Under the pieces are notes generated by a model. The model was not told the origin of the DNA and did no database searches. It saw only the letters and a program-made list of their open reading frames with translations. Source: Thermodesulfobacteriota bacterium (lineage in GTDB: Bacteria; Desulfobacterota_D; UBA1144; Nemesobacterales; Mycalebacteriaceae). Taken from it: a stretch of DNA of 64,000 bases. Positions 9,306 through 22,130 of this stretch are shown piece after piece. Position 1 is the first letter of the stretch; every line of letters begins with the position of its first letter. The stretch is taken from NCBI GenBank assembly GCA_965226585.1, contig OZ245366.1:1088001-1152000 (forward strand). Reading direction: 5' to 3'. The position numbers and the translations under genes are program-made.

Positions 9306-10886
9306 CTATTCCTTAACCCGCAAGACGACAAACATATTGCCCCCCGCTCTGCGCATAAGAAGACGCGCGCTTTTTTCCTTCTTTATTTTCTTCAGGGATT
9401 CCTCGCATTCGGCAACTGATTTTATCTCTTTGCCGTTCACTTTAACTATCACGTCTCCCTCTTTAACGCCCGCCGCTTGCGCCGGACTGCCGGGATCAAT
9501 GCCAACCACAACAACTCCGCTTGAGTAGTCCAGGCTGTAACGCCGCACGATGGCGGGGGTGATTTCCGCGATGTGCATTCCCGTGAGAGATTTCCGGGGC
9601 TCGCTCTTTTCCTTCCGTTTGTTCCGCTTCTGCGTGGCGGATTCTTTCAGAGTGTCTTTCATCCGCGCGATTTTGATTTTCAGGGTTTTCTTCGAGCCGT
9701 CTCTGAAAATCTTAACCTTCGCCTTTGTGCCGGGTTTCAAGTTGGCGACAATCCTCGGAAGGTCGGTCGCCTCTTCCACCTTTGAGCCCTGAAACTCAAG
9801 TATCACGTCTCCGGGTTTCATTCCCGCGCGCTCGGCGGGGCTGTCTTTGAACACCTCGTTCACAAGCGCGCCTTCGGGTTTTTTCAGACCGAAACTTTTG
9901 GCAATACCTTCGGTCAATATCTGAATGGAAACCCCTATCCATCCCCTTGTGACCGAGCCCTTTTTCTTCAACTGCCGCACGATGCTCTCAACCGTGGCGG
10001 ACGGGATTGAGAAACCTATGCCCTGCCCGCGAGACGCTATAGCCGTGTTGACCCCGATAACAAACCCCCGCAGATTGAACAGGGGGCCTCCGCTGTTGCC
10101 CGGATTCAGAGGGGCGTCTGTCTGGATAAAGTTGTCATACGCTCCCATGTTGAGAGACCTTCCCTTCGCGCTGACTATTCCGGCGGTTACCGTGTAGCCG
10201 AATCCAAGCGGGTTGCCGATGGCGAAAACCCACTCCCCTATTCTCAGTTTTTCAGAATCCCCGAAACGGACGGGAACCAGTTTTTCACGCGATGATTTGA
10301 TATCTATTTTTATCAGGGCGATGTCTGTTTTCGGGTCTGTGCCGACTACTTCGGCTATGTATTTCGAGCCGTTTGAAAGCGTTACCTCTATCTTTTCCGC
10401 GCTCGCGATAACGTGCTCGTTTGTTACGATATGCCCTTGAGAATCAAGTATAAAACCGGAGCCAACCCCTCTGTTTTTGAACTCCCGCTGTTCCGGTATG
10501 CGTCCGAAGAAGTTCCCGAAGAAATCCTCAAACATATCCCCCTGTCCGCCGCCGAACGGGAAAAGCCCTTGCCCGCCGCCTCCGAACTTTGAAACCGATA
10601 CCGTGCTTATGTTGACGACAGACGGTTTGTGCCTGTCAACAAGGTCTGCGAAAGATGGAAAAGCGTCGCCGCCGTTATTTTTGAAAACATGCCCGGGTTT
10701 TTCCGTCTTCAGAGGCGGTGAGAGAGTTTTTGCCTCGCCTTGCTCCATCTCCTCAACTTCTTCGTAGGATTCCTCCTGAAGCGGGGAGGGCATATACGCC
10801 TCACCGGTGAAAGAAAACCCCCGCGATATGAGGACGCCGAGGGCGACCGCGACTATGGCGAACAAAATCAGGTTTGTGTTTCTCAT
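9306..10886 (-). CDS. degP: DegP/HtrA (Do family) serine protease with two PDZ domains
   Basis: TNEHV, TDIALIK, NPGNSGGPL catalytic triad motifs; two PDZ domains; N-terminal anchor. Confidence 0.93.
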   Translation of the reverse strand: MRNTNLILFAIVAVALGVLISRGFSFTGEAYMPSPLQEESYEEVEEMEQGEAKTLSPPLKTEKPGHVFKNNGGDAFPSFADLVDRHKPSVVNISTVSVSKFGGGGQGLFPFGGGQGDMFEDFFGNFFGRIPEQREFKNRGVGSGFILDSQGHIVTNEHVIASAEKIEVTLSNGSKYIAEVVGTDPKTDIALIKIDIKSSREKLVPVRFGDSEKLRIGEWVFAIGNPLGFGYTVTAGIVSAKGRSLNMGAYDNFIQTDAPLNPGNSGGPLFNLRGFVIGVNTAIASRGQGIGFSIPSATVESIVRQLKKKGSVTRGWIGVSIQILTEGIAKSFGLKKPEGALVNEVFKDSPAERAGMKPGDVILEFQGSKVEEATDLPRIVANLKPGTKAKVKIFRDGSKKTLKIKIARMKDTLKESATQKRNKRKEKSEPRKSLTGMHIAEITPAIVRRYSLDYSSGVVVVGIDPGSPAQAAGVKEGDVIVKVNGKEIKSVAECEESLKKIKKEKSARLLMRRAGGNMFVVLRVKE

Positions 10887-11440
10887 TCAAACGCTCCTTT
10901 TATTTTTTCAAAATCCGTTTCCGCGCGAAGAAGGCGAACCGCTTCCGAAGCGACCTCATCAGGACACATACCGTCGGTTTCTATTGTGAAATCGGCGGCC
11001 TCATAGAAACGCTCGCGCTCTGAAAGCAGGCGCGCCGCCTCCGCCCCGGGATTGTCAACCTTGAGAAGGGGACGCGGGGCGTCCTGTGAAATTCTCCGCA
11101 TAAGGGTTTCGACCTTCGCCTTCAAGTATATAACAACTCCCGACTGCGCCATAACCGCGCGGTTGCTCTCTGAAATAACAACCCCGCCGCCGGTTGAGAC
11201 CACGCAAAAGCCGCCGCGGGCGCAGAGCGCGGCAAGGGCTTCGGTTTCAATTCTTCTGAACTCCGGCTCTCCAAGCGATGAGATTATATCGTCTATGCTT
11301 GCGGACTGTCTGTGACTTATAAACTCGTCAAGGTCGCAGAACTTCGCGCCCGTTGCCGAAGCAATCGCCCCGGCGGCGGTGGTTTTTCCGGCTCCCATGA
11401 AACCGGTAAGAAAGATTTTTTCAAGATTTTTTGACGCCAA
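10883..11440 (-). CDS. aroK: Shikimate kinase
   Basis: GFMGAGKTT, GEPEFRRIE, STGGG, RPLL; start (TTG) approximate. Confidence 0.93.
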   Translation of the reverse strand: MASKNLEKIFLTGFMGAGKTTAAGAIASATGAKFCDLDEFISHRQSASIDDIISSLGEPEFRRIETEALAALCARGGFCVVSTGGGVVISESNRAVMAQSGVVIYLKAKVETLMRRISQDAPRPLLKVDNPGAEAARLLSERERFYEAADFTIETDGMCPDEVASEAVRLLRAETDFEKIKGAFE

Positions 11441-12023
11441 AATCACCCAGCCTCTCAACGTATTTCGCAATAATATCGCATTCAAAATTAACCCCGTCTC
11501 CGGCTGATAAAGACGCAAAGGTCGTGTGCGACAGCGTGTAGGGTATCACGTTCACGGAGAAATCCACGCCGGTCGCCTCGTTAACAGTCAGGCTCACGCC
11601 GTCTATCGCTATGCAGCCCTTGGGCGCGACATATTTCATAAAACCGCCGGGAAGCGAAAAACGGAACTCAACGGAATCTCCGCGCTTCCCGGTTGACTCA
11701 ACCCTTCCGACCCCGTCTATGTGCCCCGTTACTATATGACCGCCCATCAGCCCTTCGGGAGTTACCGAACGCTCCAGATTGACGACCTTCCCTTCGGCAA
11801 CATCCGCCATCGTTGTTCGCGAAACCGTTTCCGATGACATCTGCGTTGTGAAGCCGCCATCTTCAGTGGAAACAACTGTCAGGCAGATTCCGCTTACCGA
11901 AACGCTGTCGCCGGGTTTGAACAGTTCGCCCCCCGCAGACAAAGGGCGTATACCGATAACGGTGTCGCCGCCCGGGCGGACAAAACTCACAACTCCTGTG
12001 TCTTCAACTATTCCCGTGAACAT
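11421..12023 (-). CDS. ribE: Riboflavin synthase (alpha chain)
   Basis: MFTGIVE start, VNLERS, GGHIVTGHIDG, IDGVSLTVN. Confidence 0.95.
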   Translation of the reverse strand: MFTGIVEDTGVVSFVRPGGDTVIGIRPLSAGGELFKPGDSVSVSGICLTVVSTEDGGFTTQMSSETVSRTTMADVAEGKVVNLERSVTPEGLMGGHIVTGHIDGVGRVESTGKRGDSVEFRFSLPGGFMKYVAPKGCIAIDGVSLTVNEATGVDFSVNVIPYTLSHTTFASLSAGDGVNFECDIIAKYVERLGDFGVKKS

Positions 12024-12501
12024 CTCTGCGACCGCCTACACCAAGCAAACTTATCACAAGCACCGCCACGCCCACAGTTATAAACATGTCCGCCATGTTG
12101 AACGCGGGCCAGCGCAGAGTTTCGCTTCCGAACCAGTGAATGTCTATAAAATCCGTAACGGAGCCCGCGCCGAACCTGTCAATGGAGTTCCCTATCGCGC
12201 CCCCCGTGATAAACGCAACGGGCAGAACTCTTCCGCCGCTCCTCAAGAAAAGCGCGGCAAAAAGAGCCGCCGCCGCAAGCGCGCCCGAGTATAAAATAAA
12301 TCGGGAAACGCCTCCCAAATCCCGCAACATTCCAAATGCTATGCCCGTGTTTTTGTAGTGAACTATGTCGAGAAAAGGCAGAACCTGATACTGCGCCCCG
12401 GGCGCGACCATTTCGGAAACGGCGGACTTTGTAACCCTGTCAAGGACGACAATCAGAACAACCGCCGCGGAAAAAACAACATATCTTCGGGATAACATCA
12501 A
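12004..12501 (-). CDS. lspA: Lipoprotein signal peptidase II
   Basis: NTGIAFG, GAIGNSIDR, VTDFID, WPAFNMAD. Confidence 0.95.
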   Translation of the reverse strand: MMLSRRYVVFSAAVVLIVVLDRVTKSAVSEMVAPGAQYQVLPFLDIVHYKNTGIAFGMLRDLGGVSRFILYSGALAAAALFAALFLRSGGRVLPVAFITGGAIGNSIDRFGAGSVTDFIDIHWFGSETLRWPAFNMADMFITVGVAVLVISLLGVGGRRDVHGNS

Positions 12502-13025
12502 AGCCCCCGCCCCGGTTTTTCATGGAAAAGGCAGATGGAGTTGACGCAATACCTTTTTCCGGTCGGCTTTGGACCGTCATTAAAAACGTGCCCCAGATGC
12601 GCGCCGCAACGCGAGCAGACTATCTCGGTGCGCGACATTCCGAATAAATTGTCAGGCTTGTACCCAACCGCGCCCTTTTTGATGGGACGCCAGAAACTGG
12701 GCCATCCGGTGCGCGAGTCGTATTTCTGTTCGGAGGAAAAAAGTTTAAGCCCGCAACTTGAACAGCGGTACACGCCTTTTTTGTAAAACTTGTTGTATTT
12801 GCCCGTGCCCGGATACTCGGTTCCGCCCTGCCTGCATATTCTGAAACGCTTGTTTGAGAGAGCCGAGCGCCAGTAAGAATTGCTCTTTGATCTCCAGTCA
12901 ACCTTGTCCGGGTTTATTCCTTCAAGGTGCGAAGGAGGTTTCTCCGCCGCCGCCCCAAGCGCGAAAAAGAGCGCGAGCAGGAAAAAAACTGCGGGCACAA
13001 ACGCCCGTGAAAAAAATTTCGGCAT
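12498..13025 (-). CDS. msrB: Peptide-methionine (R)-S-oxide reductase with signal peptide
   Basis: GTEYPGTG, GWPSF, RTEIVCSRCGAHLGHVFNDGP, RYCVNS; hydrophobic N-terminus. Confidence 0.93.
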   Translation of the reverse strand: MPKFFSRAFVPAVFFLLALFFALGAAAEKPPSHLEGINPDKVDWRSKSNSYWRSALSNKRFRICRQGGTEYPGTGKYNKFYKKGVYRCSSCGLKLFSSEQKYDSRTGWPSFWRPIKKGAVGYKPDNLFGMSRTEIVCSRCGAHLGHVFNDGPKPTGKRYCVNSICLFHEKPGRGL

Positions 13026-13039
13026 CTCGGCTGAAAGCC

Positions 13040-13513
13040 CTAGTCTATCCCGGCTATCACAAACTCCCTCAGTCCGCCGGGAACCATAACCTTGACCTCA
13101 TCACCCGTCTCCTTGCCGACAAAGGCTCTGCCGATGGGAGATGTGATGGAGATGAGTCCGTTGTCCGGGTCAGTCTCGTCCGGGCCTACGAGTTGATATT
13201 TTTTCGTGTCGCCGGTGTCGACATCTTCAACCGTAACGGTGAGACCGAAAACAACCTTGTCTTTGTTTTTTATCTGTTTGGGGTCTATCACCTCGGCAAG
13301 CCCTATTTTGGCTTCAAGGTCTTTTATCTTTCCCTCAACCATCGATTGCTTGTTTTTCGCGGTTTCATATTCGGCGTTCTCTGAAAGGTCGCCGAGACTG
13401 CGGGCGTACTCAATCTGCTTTATCACTTCGGGACGCTCAACATTTTTGAGATGAGTCAACTCCTTTTTGAGTTTCTCATATCCTCCCGGTGTCATTGGAA
13501 CTCTGTCACTCAT
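13040..13513 (-). CDS. greA: Transcription elongation factor GreA
   Basis: GDLSENAEYETAK, ISITSPIGRA. Confidence 0.96.
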   Translation of the reverse strand: MSDRVPMTPGGYEKLKKELTHLKNVERPEVIKQIEYARSLGDLSENAEYETAKNKQSMVEGKIKDLEAKIGLAEVIDPKQIKNKDKVVFGLTVTVEDVDTGDTKKYQLVGPDETDPDNGLISITSPIGRAFVGKETGDEVKVMVPGGLREFVIAGID

Positions 13514-13552
13514 TTGATTAATGGGAGCCTCCGCCCCGCGCAAGAAAAGATT

Positions 13553-16500
13553 CTATAGAATCGCCCCGGAATTCTCAAAGTCTTGAAGAGCCGTTACGGT
13601 CAATTTTTCGCCCGATATTTCCTCTATCGCCCCGGTCGCGGCTTTCGCGCCCTCTATGGTTGTGAAATATGGAATGGAGTTCACAAGCGAAGTGCGCCTT
13701 ATTGAAAACGACTGCAAAACCTGCTCTTTGCCGGTTGTGGTGTTGATTACAAGGTGTATGCCTTTGTTTTTAAGACTGTCAACCACGTTGGGTCTGCCCT
13801 CTTTCACTTTCTTGATGCGCTCGCACGGCACTCCGCCCTCAGAGAGAAACCGCGCCGTTCCCGTTGTGGCGACTATTTCAAAACCCGCCGCCTTCAACCG
13901 GCGCGCGATGTCTATGGCGGTTTCGGTTTTGTCTTCGTCCCGCACGCTTACAAAGGCGGTTCCGGAAACCGGAAGCGAGTTGCCCGCCGCGATTTGCGAC
14001 TTCGCAAAAGCGCGGTTGATGTCTGCGTCCATGCCCATAACCTCGCCGGTGGATTTCATTTCGGGCCCCAGTATTGTGTCTTCACCGGGAAAACGCAGGA
14101 ACGGAAAAACCGACTCTTTCACGCAAAACAGACGCGGCTCAACCTCTTTTGTGAATCCTATTTCCTCAAGCGTCATTCCGGACATAATGCGCGTTGCCAC
14201 CTTCGCAAGCGGAACGCCTATGGCTTTGCTTATAAACGGCACCGTTCTGCTTGCCCTCGGATTGACCTCAATGATGAACACCTCGCCGTCTTTCACGGCG
14301 AACTGCACGTTGATAAGACCGCGAACACCCAGCGCGAGCGCGAGCGATTTTGTCTGGGCGACTATTTCGTCAACCACCTTTTTCTCCATTGACACCGGCG
14401 GCGTTACCATCGCGCTGTCGCCCGAATGAACTCCCGCCTCCTCTATGTGCTCCATCACCGCCCCAACCACAACCGTTTTCCCGTCGCAAACGGCGTCAAC
14501 ATCAACCTCGCCGGCGTTTTTCATAAACTCGTCTATCAGTATCGGACGGTTGGGGGAAACCCTCACCGCCTCGTTTATGTAGCGCACAAGGTCGTCTTTT
14601 CTGTAAACAATCTCCATCGCCCTGCCGCCGAGAACATAAGAAGGACGCACCACAACCGGATACCCTATTTCTTCCGCCCTGCTCACCGCCTCATCCGCGC
14701 TTCGCGCTATCGCCCCGGCGGGCTGTTTAAGCCCCAGTTGCTCAACCAGTTTGTTGAATCTCTCCCTGTCTTCGGCAAGGTCTATGCTGTCGGGCGGAGT
14801 GCCCATTATCTTCACCCCGCGCTTCTCAAGCGGAAGCGCCAGATTGAGCGGCGTCTGTCCGCCGAAATTGACTATCACGCCTTCGGGCTTCTCTCTGTCC
14901 ACTATGGAGAGAACATCTTCAAGCGTAAGCGGCTCAAAGTAGAGACGGTCTGAAGTGTCGTAATCCGTGCTGACGGTTTCGGGGTTGCAGTTGACCATAA
15001 TTGTTTCATATCCCCGCTCCTTCATCGCGAAAGCGGCGTGAACACAGCAGTAGTCAAACTCTATGCCCTGCCCTATCCTGTTTGGACCGCCGCCGAGAAT
15101 AACCACCTTTTTGCCTTCAGAAACCGGCGCTTCGCTCTCAGGGTCGTACGAGGAATACAGATACGGCGTGTAAGACTCAAACTCCGCCGCGCAAGTGTCC
15201 ACCATTTTATATGATGGAACGATACCAAGCCGCGCCCTTGCCCGTCTGATATCTTCCTCCGTGTTTCCGGTCAGTTTCGCGATGGCAAGGTCTGAAAAAC
15301 CCATCTCCTTCGACCGCCTGATAACTTCGGAGCCCGGAAGAGAGCCCTTGCAGTTTCTTATCACCGCCTCGTGCTCCACTATCTGGCGTATGTTGCGGAT
15401 AAACCACGGGTCTATTGAGCTGAGGCCGTGTATCTCATCCTCGTCAAAGCCGAGGCGGAAAGCGTCTGCTATGAACCACAGCCTGTCGGGACCGGGTGTG
15501 CTCAGTTTCTGCCTGACCTCCTCTTTGTCATCTGTGATTTGCTCAAAAAATGGGTAATCCGCCTCAAGGGATCGGACTGCTTTTTGCAGAGATTCTTTGA
15601 AAGTTCTTCCCATCGCCATCGCCTCGCCAACGGATTTCATCTGCGTTGTAAGCGTGGAAGAGGTATTGCGGAACTTCTCAAACGCGAAGCGGGGAATCTT
15701 CACCACAACGTAGTCTATGGTGGGCTCAAACGATGCCGGTGTGTGGCGCGTTATGTCGTTTGATATCTCATCAAGCGTGTATCCCACGGCAAGTTTCGCG
15801 GCTATTTTGGCTATGGGGAAACCGGTTGCTTTTGATGCGAGCGCGGAACTGCGGGAAACTCGCGGGTTCATCTCAATCACAACAAACTCGCCGTTTTCGG
15901 GGTTCACGGCAAACTGTATGTTGGAGCCGCCCGTGTCCACGCCTATCTCCCTGATGATGGCAACCGAGGCGTCTCTGAGGCGTTGATATTCCACATCCGT
16001 GAGGGTTTGCGCCGGGGCAACCGTTATGCTGTCTCCCGTGTGAACGCCCATTGGGTCAAGGTTTTCAATGGAGCAGATGATAACCACGTTGTCTTTGAGG
16101 TCTCTCATGACCTCCAGTTCAAACTCTTTCCAGCCCAGAACCGACTCCTCTATCAGAATTTCCCGTGTGGGGCTTGAATCCAGCCCCGCTTCGGCGTAGA
16201 GGGGAAACTCCTCTTTGTTGTAGGCGATGCTTCCGCCGCTTCCGCCGAGGGTGAATGAAGACCGTATAATCGCCGGAAACCCTATTTTTTCAACCACTTT
16301 CCATGCTTCGTCCATGTTGTGCGCAAGCCCGCTTTTGGGGAGTTGGAGCCCGATTTTCAAAACGGCTTCCTTGAACAGTTCCCTGCTTTCCGCCTTTTTG
16401 ATTGCCTCAAGGTTGGCTCCTATGAGTTTAACGCCGAACTTTTCAAGCGTGCCGTCTTCGGCAAGGGCAACCGCCGTGTTAAGCGCCGTCTGTCCTCCGA

Positions 16501-16768
16501 GAGTGGGCAGAAGCGCGTCCGGACGCTCTTTTTCAATGATTTTCGCGACTGTTTTCGGCTCAATCGGCTCTATGTACGTGCGATCCGCCACCGAGGGGTC
16601 TGTCATTATGGTTGCCGGGTTGCTGTTTATGAGGATTGTTTTGTATCCGTCACTCCTCAGGGCTTTGCACGCCTGAGTTCCGGAATAGTCAAACTCGCAC
16701 GCCTGCCCGATAACTATCGGGCCGGAGCCGATAAGCAGAATGCTTTTGATATCAGTTCTTTTCGGCAT
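13553..16768 (-). CDS. carB: Carbamoyl-phosphate synthase large subunit
   Basis: [21 protein letters not shown], duplicated ATP-grasp domains, C-terminal MGS domain. Confidence 0.98.
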   Translation of the reverse strand: MPKRTDIKSILLIGSGPIVIGQACEFDYSGTQACKALRSDGYKTILINSNPATIMTDPSVADRTYIEPIEPKTVAKIIEKERPDALLPTLGGQTALNTAVALAEDGTLEKFGVKLIGANLEAIKKAESRELFKEAVLKIGLQLPKSGLAHNMDEAWKVVEKIGFPAIIRSSFTLGGSGGSIAYNKEEFPLYAEAGLDSSPTREILIEESVLGWKEFELEVMRDLKDNVVIICSIENLDPMGVHTGDSITVAPAQTLTDVEYQRLRDASVAIIREIGVDTGGSNIQFAVNPENGEFVVIEMNPRVSRSSALASKATGFPIAKIAAKLAVGYTLDEISNDITRHTPASFEPTIDYVVVKIPRFAFEKFRNTSSTLTTQMKSVGEAMAMGRTFKESLQKAVRSLEADYPFFEQITDDKEEVRQKLSTPGPDRLWFIADAFRLGFDEDEIHGLSSIDPWFIRNIRQIVEHEAVIRNCKGSLPGSEVIRRSKEMGFSDLAIAKLTGNTEEDIRRARARLGIVPSYKMVDTCAAEFESYTPYLYSSYDPESEAPVSEGKKVVILGGGPNRIGQGIEFDYCCVHAAFAMKERGYETIMVNCNPETVSTDYDTSDRLYFEPLTLEDVLSIVDREKPEGVIVNFGGQTPLNLALPLEKRGVKIMGTPPDSIDLAEDRERFNKLVEQLGLKQPAGAIARSADEAVSRAEEIGYPVVVRPSYVLGGRAMEIVYRKDDLVRYINEAVRVSPNRPILIDEFMKNAGEVDVDAVCDGKTVVVGAVMEHIEEAGVHSGDSAMVTPPVSMEKKVVDEIVAQTKSLALALGVRGLINVQFAVKDGEVFIIEVNPRASRTVPFISKAIGVPLAKVATRIMSGMTLEEIGFTKEVEPRLFCVKESVFPFLRFPGEDTILGPEMKSTGEVMGMDADINRAFAKSQIAAGNSLPVSGTAFVSVRDEDKTETAIDIARRLKAAGFEIVATTGTARFLSEGGVPCERIKKVKEGRPNVVDSLKNKGIHLVINTTTGKEQVLQSFSIRRTSLVNSIPYFTTIEGAKAATGAIEEISGEKLTVTALQDFENSGAIL

Positions 16769-16959
16769 GGGAAATTTCGGTCTCAAGTTATACCGGAGAA
16801 ACACTTGAGGCGCAACAACGGAGCCGGACGGGAAAGCCGGAAAACCGCCCGCCGGACGGGAGAGAAAACGCAAAAAAGGTTAACAGAACCACTTAACAAA
16901 CAGAACATTAGAAACCATACAAACAATAACTTATAACTCCCTGTATATCCTGTATATTT

Positions 16960-18774
<1,815 letters not shown>

Positions 18775-18776
18775 CT

Positions 18777-19808
18777 ATGGGCGCGACAACCGTTCTCGGA
18801 ATAGAGTCTTCATGCGATGAAACCTCCGCGTCTGTGGTTGCGGACGGAAAAGAGATTCTCTCTAACGTTGTGTCATCGCAGATATCACAGCACAAGCCGT
18901 TTGGCGGAGTTGTGCCCGAACTGGCTTCCAGAAAGCATCTTGAAGCCATAATCCCCGTGATTGAGGAGGCACTTGATACCGCAGGGGCGGGGCTTGACGA
19001 TATAGACGCGGTAGCCGTAACTCAAGGTCCCGGGCTTCTGGGCTGTCTGATGATAGGGCTCACGGCGGCAAAGTCTCTTTGTGTCGCTCTTGGCAAACCG
19101 CTTGTCGCGGTCAACCACCTGCACGCCCACGCCGCCGCCGTAACCATAGAGCGGGAGATGGAACTGCCCTTTGTCGCCCTTGTTGTTTCCGGCGGACACA
19201 CAAGCCTCTACCTTGTTAAAACCCTCACAGACCTTGAGATTCTCAGCACAACCCGTGATGACGCCGCCGGAGAGGCGTTTGACAAAGCCGCCAAAGCGCT
19301 GGGGCTGGGTTATCCCGGAGGGGCGGAGATAGACCGCCTGGCAAAAAGCGGAGACCCTGACAAAATCGCCTTCCCGCGACCGCTTTCAGAAAGCGGCACC
19401 CTGTGGTTCAGTTTCAGCGGTCTTAAAACATCTCTTGTCTATTCCATACAGAAAAACGGCTCCCCGTCCGCCGCCGCTCTGCCAGATGTTTGCGCCGGTT
19501 ATCAGGAGGCGATTGTTGACTCGCTTATTGAAAAATCTCTTCTTGCGGTGAAAAAAACCGGTGTGAGAAACTTCGCCATAACGGGCGGGGTCGCGTGCAA
19601 TTCGCGGCTCAGGGAAAAATCAGCGCGGGCGTTTGAAAAAGAGAACATAAAACTCGCCATTCCGTCCGTCTCTCTGTGCACTGACAACGGCGCGATGATA
19701 GCCGCCCTCGGTTTCCATCTGTTGAAAGACGGGCAGACGGCGGCGCCGGATATTTCCGCATTTTCAACCTCGCGGATGAAAATAAAGCGCGGAAGCGCGG
19801 AGTTTTAA
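18777..19808 (+). CDS. tsaD: tRNA N6-threonylcarbamoyladenosine transferase
   Basis: LGIESSCDETS, GGVVPELASRKH, VSGGHT, DDAAGEAFDK, CTDNGAMIA. Confidence 0.97.
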   Translation: MGATTVLGIESSCDETSASVVADGKEILSNVVSSQISQHKPFGGVVPELASRKHLEAIIPVIEEALDTAGAGLDDIDAVAVTQGPGLLGCLMIGLTAAKSLCVALGKPLVAVNHLHAHAAAVTIEREMELPFVALVVSGGHTSLYLVKTLTDLEILSTTRDDAAGEAFDKAAKALGLGYPGGAEIDRLAKSGDPDKIAFPRPLSESGTLWFSFSGLKTSLVYSIQKNGSPSAAALPDVCAGYQEAIVDSLIEKSLLAVKKTGVRNFAITGGVACNSRLREKSARAFEKENIKLAIPSVSLCTDNGAMIAALGFHLLKDGQTAAPDISAFSTSRMKIKRGSAEF

Positions 19809-19811
19809 AAC

Positions 19812-21515
19812 CTAATCCACCCGTAGGGAAATTCCTTCGCGCCTCGGGTCTGCGCCGCCTCTGATGCCGCCGGGGGTGAACTCAATGCCGTGAAGACCGC
19901 TTGTGAGTTCGGTAATTTTCACTTTGTGCCCCAGTTTTTTAAGAGCCGGGGCGAGCCTTTCCGCTTTGGTTCCAAGTTCCAGCTCCGTTTCCCCGTTGCG
20001 GTTGACGTAGTGCGGAAGCCCTATGGCGGCTTGAACATCAAGCCCCCAGTCCAGAACCGCGACAACTGTGCGGGCAACGTAGTTGATTATCCTGCTTCCG
20101 CCCGGAGAGCCGATGAGAAGACGCAGGCGGCCGTCTTTGTCAAAAACAATGGTGGGAGACATTGAACTTCTCGGTCTTTTGCCGGACTCAACCCGGTTGG
20201 CTATCAGGCATCCGTTTTCTCCAAATTCGGAAAACGAAAAATCCGTCAGTTGGTTGTTAAGCAGAAATCCGCCCGTCATCAGCCCCGAACCAAACGCCTT
20301 CTCTATGCTTGTGGTCATTGAAACGGCGTTGCCATTTTTGTCAACGATGGACAGGTGAGTGGTTGAAGGATGCTCAACCGCTCCGCCGTTTTGCGCGAGC
20401 GGCGCGCACCCTTTTATTCCGGAAAACGCTCTGCCCATATCGGCGCGGGGGTTTATAAGCCGCGAACGTTCCGAAAGGTATGAGGAATCGGTCAGTTTTC
20501 TGATTGGGACATTGTAAAAATCGGGGTCGGCAATGTGAGAGTTTCTGTCTGCGTAGGCAAGGCGGGCGGCTTGAGTGAAAAGGTGCGCCGCTTTCGGGGA
20601 AAGGGGACGCAAAGACGCCATGTCAAACGGCTCAAGCAGTTTGAGAATTTGAATTACCGTCAGTCCGCCTGAGGTCGGGGGACCCATTCCGCAAACGGTG
20701 TACGAGCGGTATTTCGCGCAAACCGGTTCGCGCCGGGCGGCTTTATAGCGGCGGAAATCAGAAGCTTTAAGAAGCCCGCCCGCAGAGCGGGCCGCGCGGG
20801 AAATCTCTCTTGCGGGGCGTCCGCGGTAGAAAGCCCGCGCGCCTTTTTTTGCCACCGAAGAAAAGCTTTCCGCCATTTCGGGATTTTTCAAAACGGAGCC
20901 CGCGGCAAGAGGTTCGCCTGAGGGGGAAAAGAAATACGCCCGCGCTTTCCGGTATTTGCCGAGGTCTTTGCCGTCATATTTTTTAATCTGCGCGGCAAGA
21001 AGCGGAGAGATTTCAAAACCTTTTTCTGAAAGTTTTATCGCGGGTTCAAAAAGAGTTTTCCATTTCAGTTTGCCGTGTTTTTTGTGCGCTTTTTCAAGCA
21101 TCGCCAGCAAACCCGGAGTTCCAACCGCCCCGCCTTGTGAAGCGGCTTCGCTCCAATCCATCGGCTTTCCGTTTCTGACAAACAGCCCGCCGCCCGCAGA
21201 GCGCGGAGTGGTTTCGCGTCCGTCAAAAGTTGTGAGTTTTTTCGCGCCTTCGTCCCAGTGCAGTAAAAACCCTCCGCCTCCGATGCCGGCAGATTGAGGC
21301 TCAACAAGGTTCAAAACCATCTGCGCCGCTATTGCCGCGTCAAGGGCGGAGCCGCCCCCTCGGAGAATGTCAACCCCCGCGTTAACAGCGTGCGGGTTCG
21401 CCGCGCTCACCATCGCGCCTCCGCCTCCCGTTTTTTCCGCCGCCGCAACGGGCGCGGAAAAGACGGCGCAAACAAAAACGATTTTCAGAAAAACCCGGCG
21501 TGTTTCAAAACTCAT
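19812..21515 (-). CDS. ggt: Gamma-glutamyltransferase
   Basis: EPQSAGIGGGGF, TTHLSIVD (autocleavage Thr), LLNNQLTDF, KRPRSSMSP, GSPGGSRII. Confidence 0.95.
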   Translation of the reverse strand: MSFETRRVFLKIVFVCAVFSAPVAAAEKTGGGGAMVSAANPHAVNAGVDILRGGGSALDAAIAAQMVLNLVEPQSAGIGGGGFLLHWDEGAKKLTTFDGRETTPRSAGGGLFVRNGKPMDWSEAASQGGAVGTPGLLAMLEKAHKKHGKLKWKTLFEPAIKLSEKGFEISPLLAAQIKKYDGKDLGKYRKARAYFFSPSGEPLAAGSVLKNPEMAESFSSVAKKGARAFYRGRPAREISRAARSAGGLLKASDFRRYKAARREPVCAKYRSYTVCGMGPPTSGGLTVIQILKLLEPFDMASLRPLSPKAAHLFTQAARLAYADRNSHIADPDFYNVPIRKLTDSSYLSERSRLINPRADMGRAFSGIKGCAPLAQNGGAVEHPSTTHLSIVDKNGNAVSMTTSIEKAFGSGLMTGGFLLNNQLTDFSFSEFGENGCLIANRVESGKRPRSSMSPTIVFDKDGRLRLLIGSPGGSRIINYVARTVVAVLDWGLDVQAAIGLPHYVNRNGETELELGTKAERLAPALKKLGHKVKITELTSGLHGIEFTPGGIRGGADPRREGISLRVD

Positions 21516-21789
21516 AATCAACAACCCTTCTGTCGGTTGCCACATCTTTCAGAAATCCGGCGACCTTCACGTGGTCGGGGTGTTTCTGATAGGCGGCAAG
21601 GGAGTTTACGTCATCAAACTCTGAATACAGAACAACATCCGCCGAAGCGTCTGAGGGTTTTGAGTTGATTCCGGCTTCAATTTTCCGTATTTCGGGAATT
21701 TTGCCGGCAAGCGCTTCAAGCATCTCCTTCAAGGCGGGCGCGTTTTTCTCTCTGTCTTTCAGTCTCCACATAACTATGTGCTTTATCAT
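21505..21789 (-). CDS. Dabb family stress-responsive alpha/beta barrel protein
   Basis: MIKHIVMWRLK...LYSEF...YQKHPDH...VVDYE. Confidence 0.88.
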   Translation of the reverse strand: MIKHIVMWRLKDREKNAPALKEMLEALAGKIPEIRKIEAGINSKPSDASADVVLYSEFDDVNSLAAYQKHPDHVKVAGFLKDVATDRRVVDYEF

Positions 21790-22130
21790 TCCGTTCCTCC
21801 TTTTCTGCCGGATGATTTTACCATCAGCCACAGCGGTCTTTTTGTTCTCCTTCCCCACGACTGCAGAACAAAAACAAACCTGCCGTTCATAATCTCGCCG
21901 CTAGCGGTAAAATCAAATTTTCCTTTTTTATTTGTGCTGACAACAATGTCGCCGCTCTCAAGCGGGTTGTCTGCAAAACCGCTTGCGGCGGCGGAAGGTA
22001 TTTCAATCGCGAGGCGTTTCTTTGTCTCCTCAAAAGGTTGAAGAAACGGAACAATCCACGCTCTGCCGCAAGCGATCAGAACAAAATGCGGCTTCTCCGC
22101 TTCTTTTTTGTAGAGAAAAAACTTATTCAT
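21786..22130 (-). CDS. Hypothetical protein resembling a degenerate LigD 3'-phosphoesterase domain
   Basis: AWIVP, KRLAI, KGKFDF..GE.M.GRFV, WLMVK scaffold; overlaps both neighbours. Confidence 0.55.
   Translation of the reverse strand: MNKFFLYKKEAEKPHFVLIACGRAWIVPFLQPFEETKKRLAIEIPSAAASGFADNPLESGDIVVSTNKKGKFDFTASGEIMNGRFVFVLQSWGRRTKRPLWLMVKSSGRKGGTE

Noticed and set aside
13553..16768. carB without carA (likewise gyrA without gyrB, hisDC without hisG) as evidence of pathway loss
   Set aside because: Split operons are common and the partner genes may lie outside the window
13656..16936. Long plus-strand ORFs opposite carB (and similar ones opposite mutL, gyrA and nnr)
   Set aside because: Antisense shadows typical of GC-rich coding DNA, with no recognisable motifs
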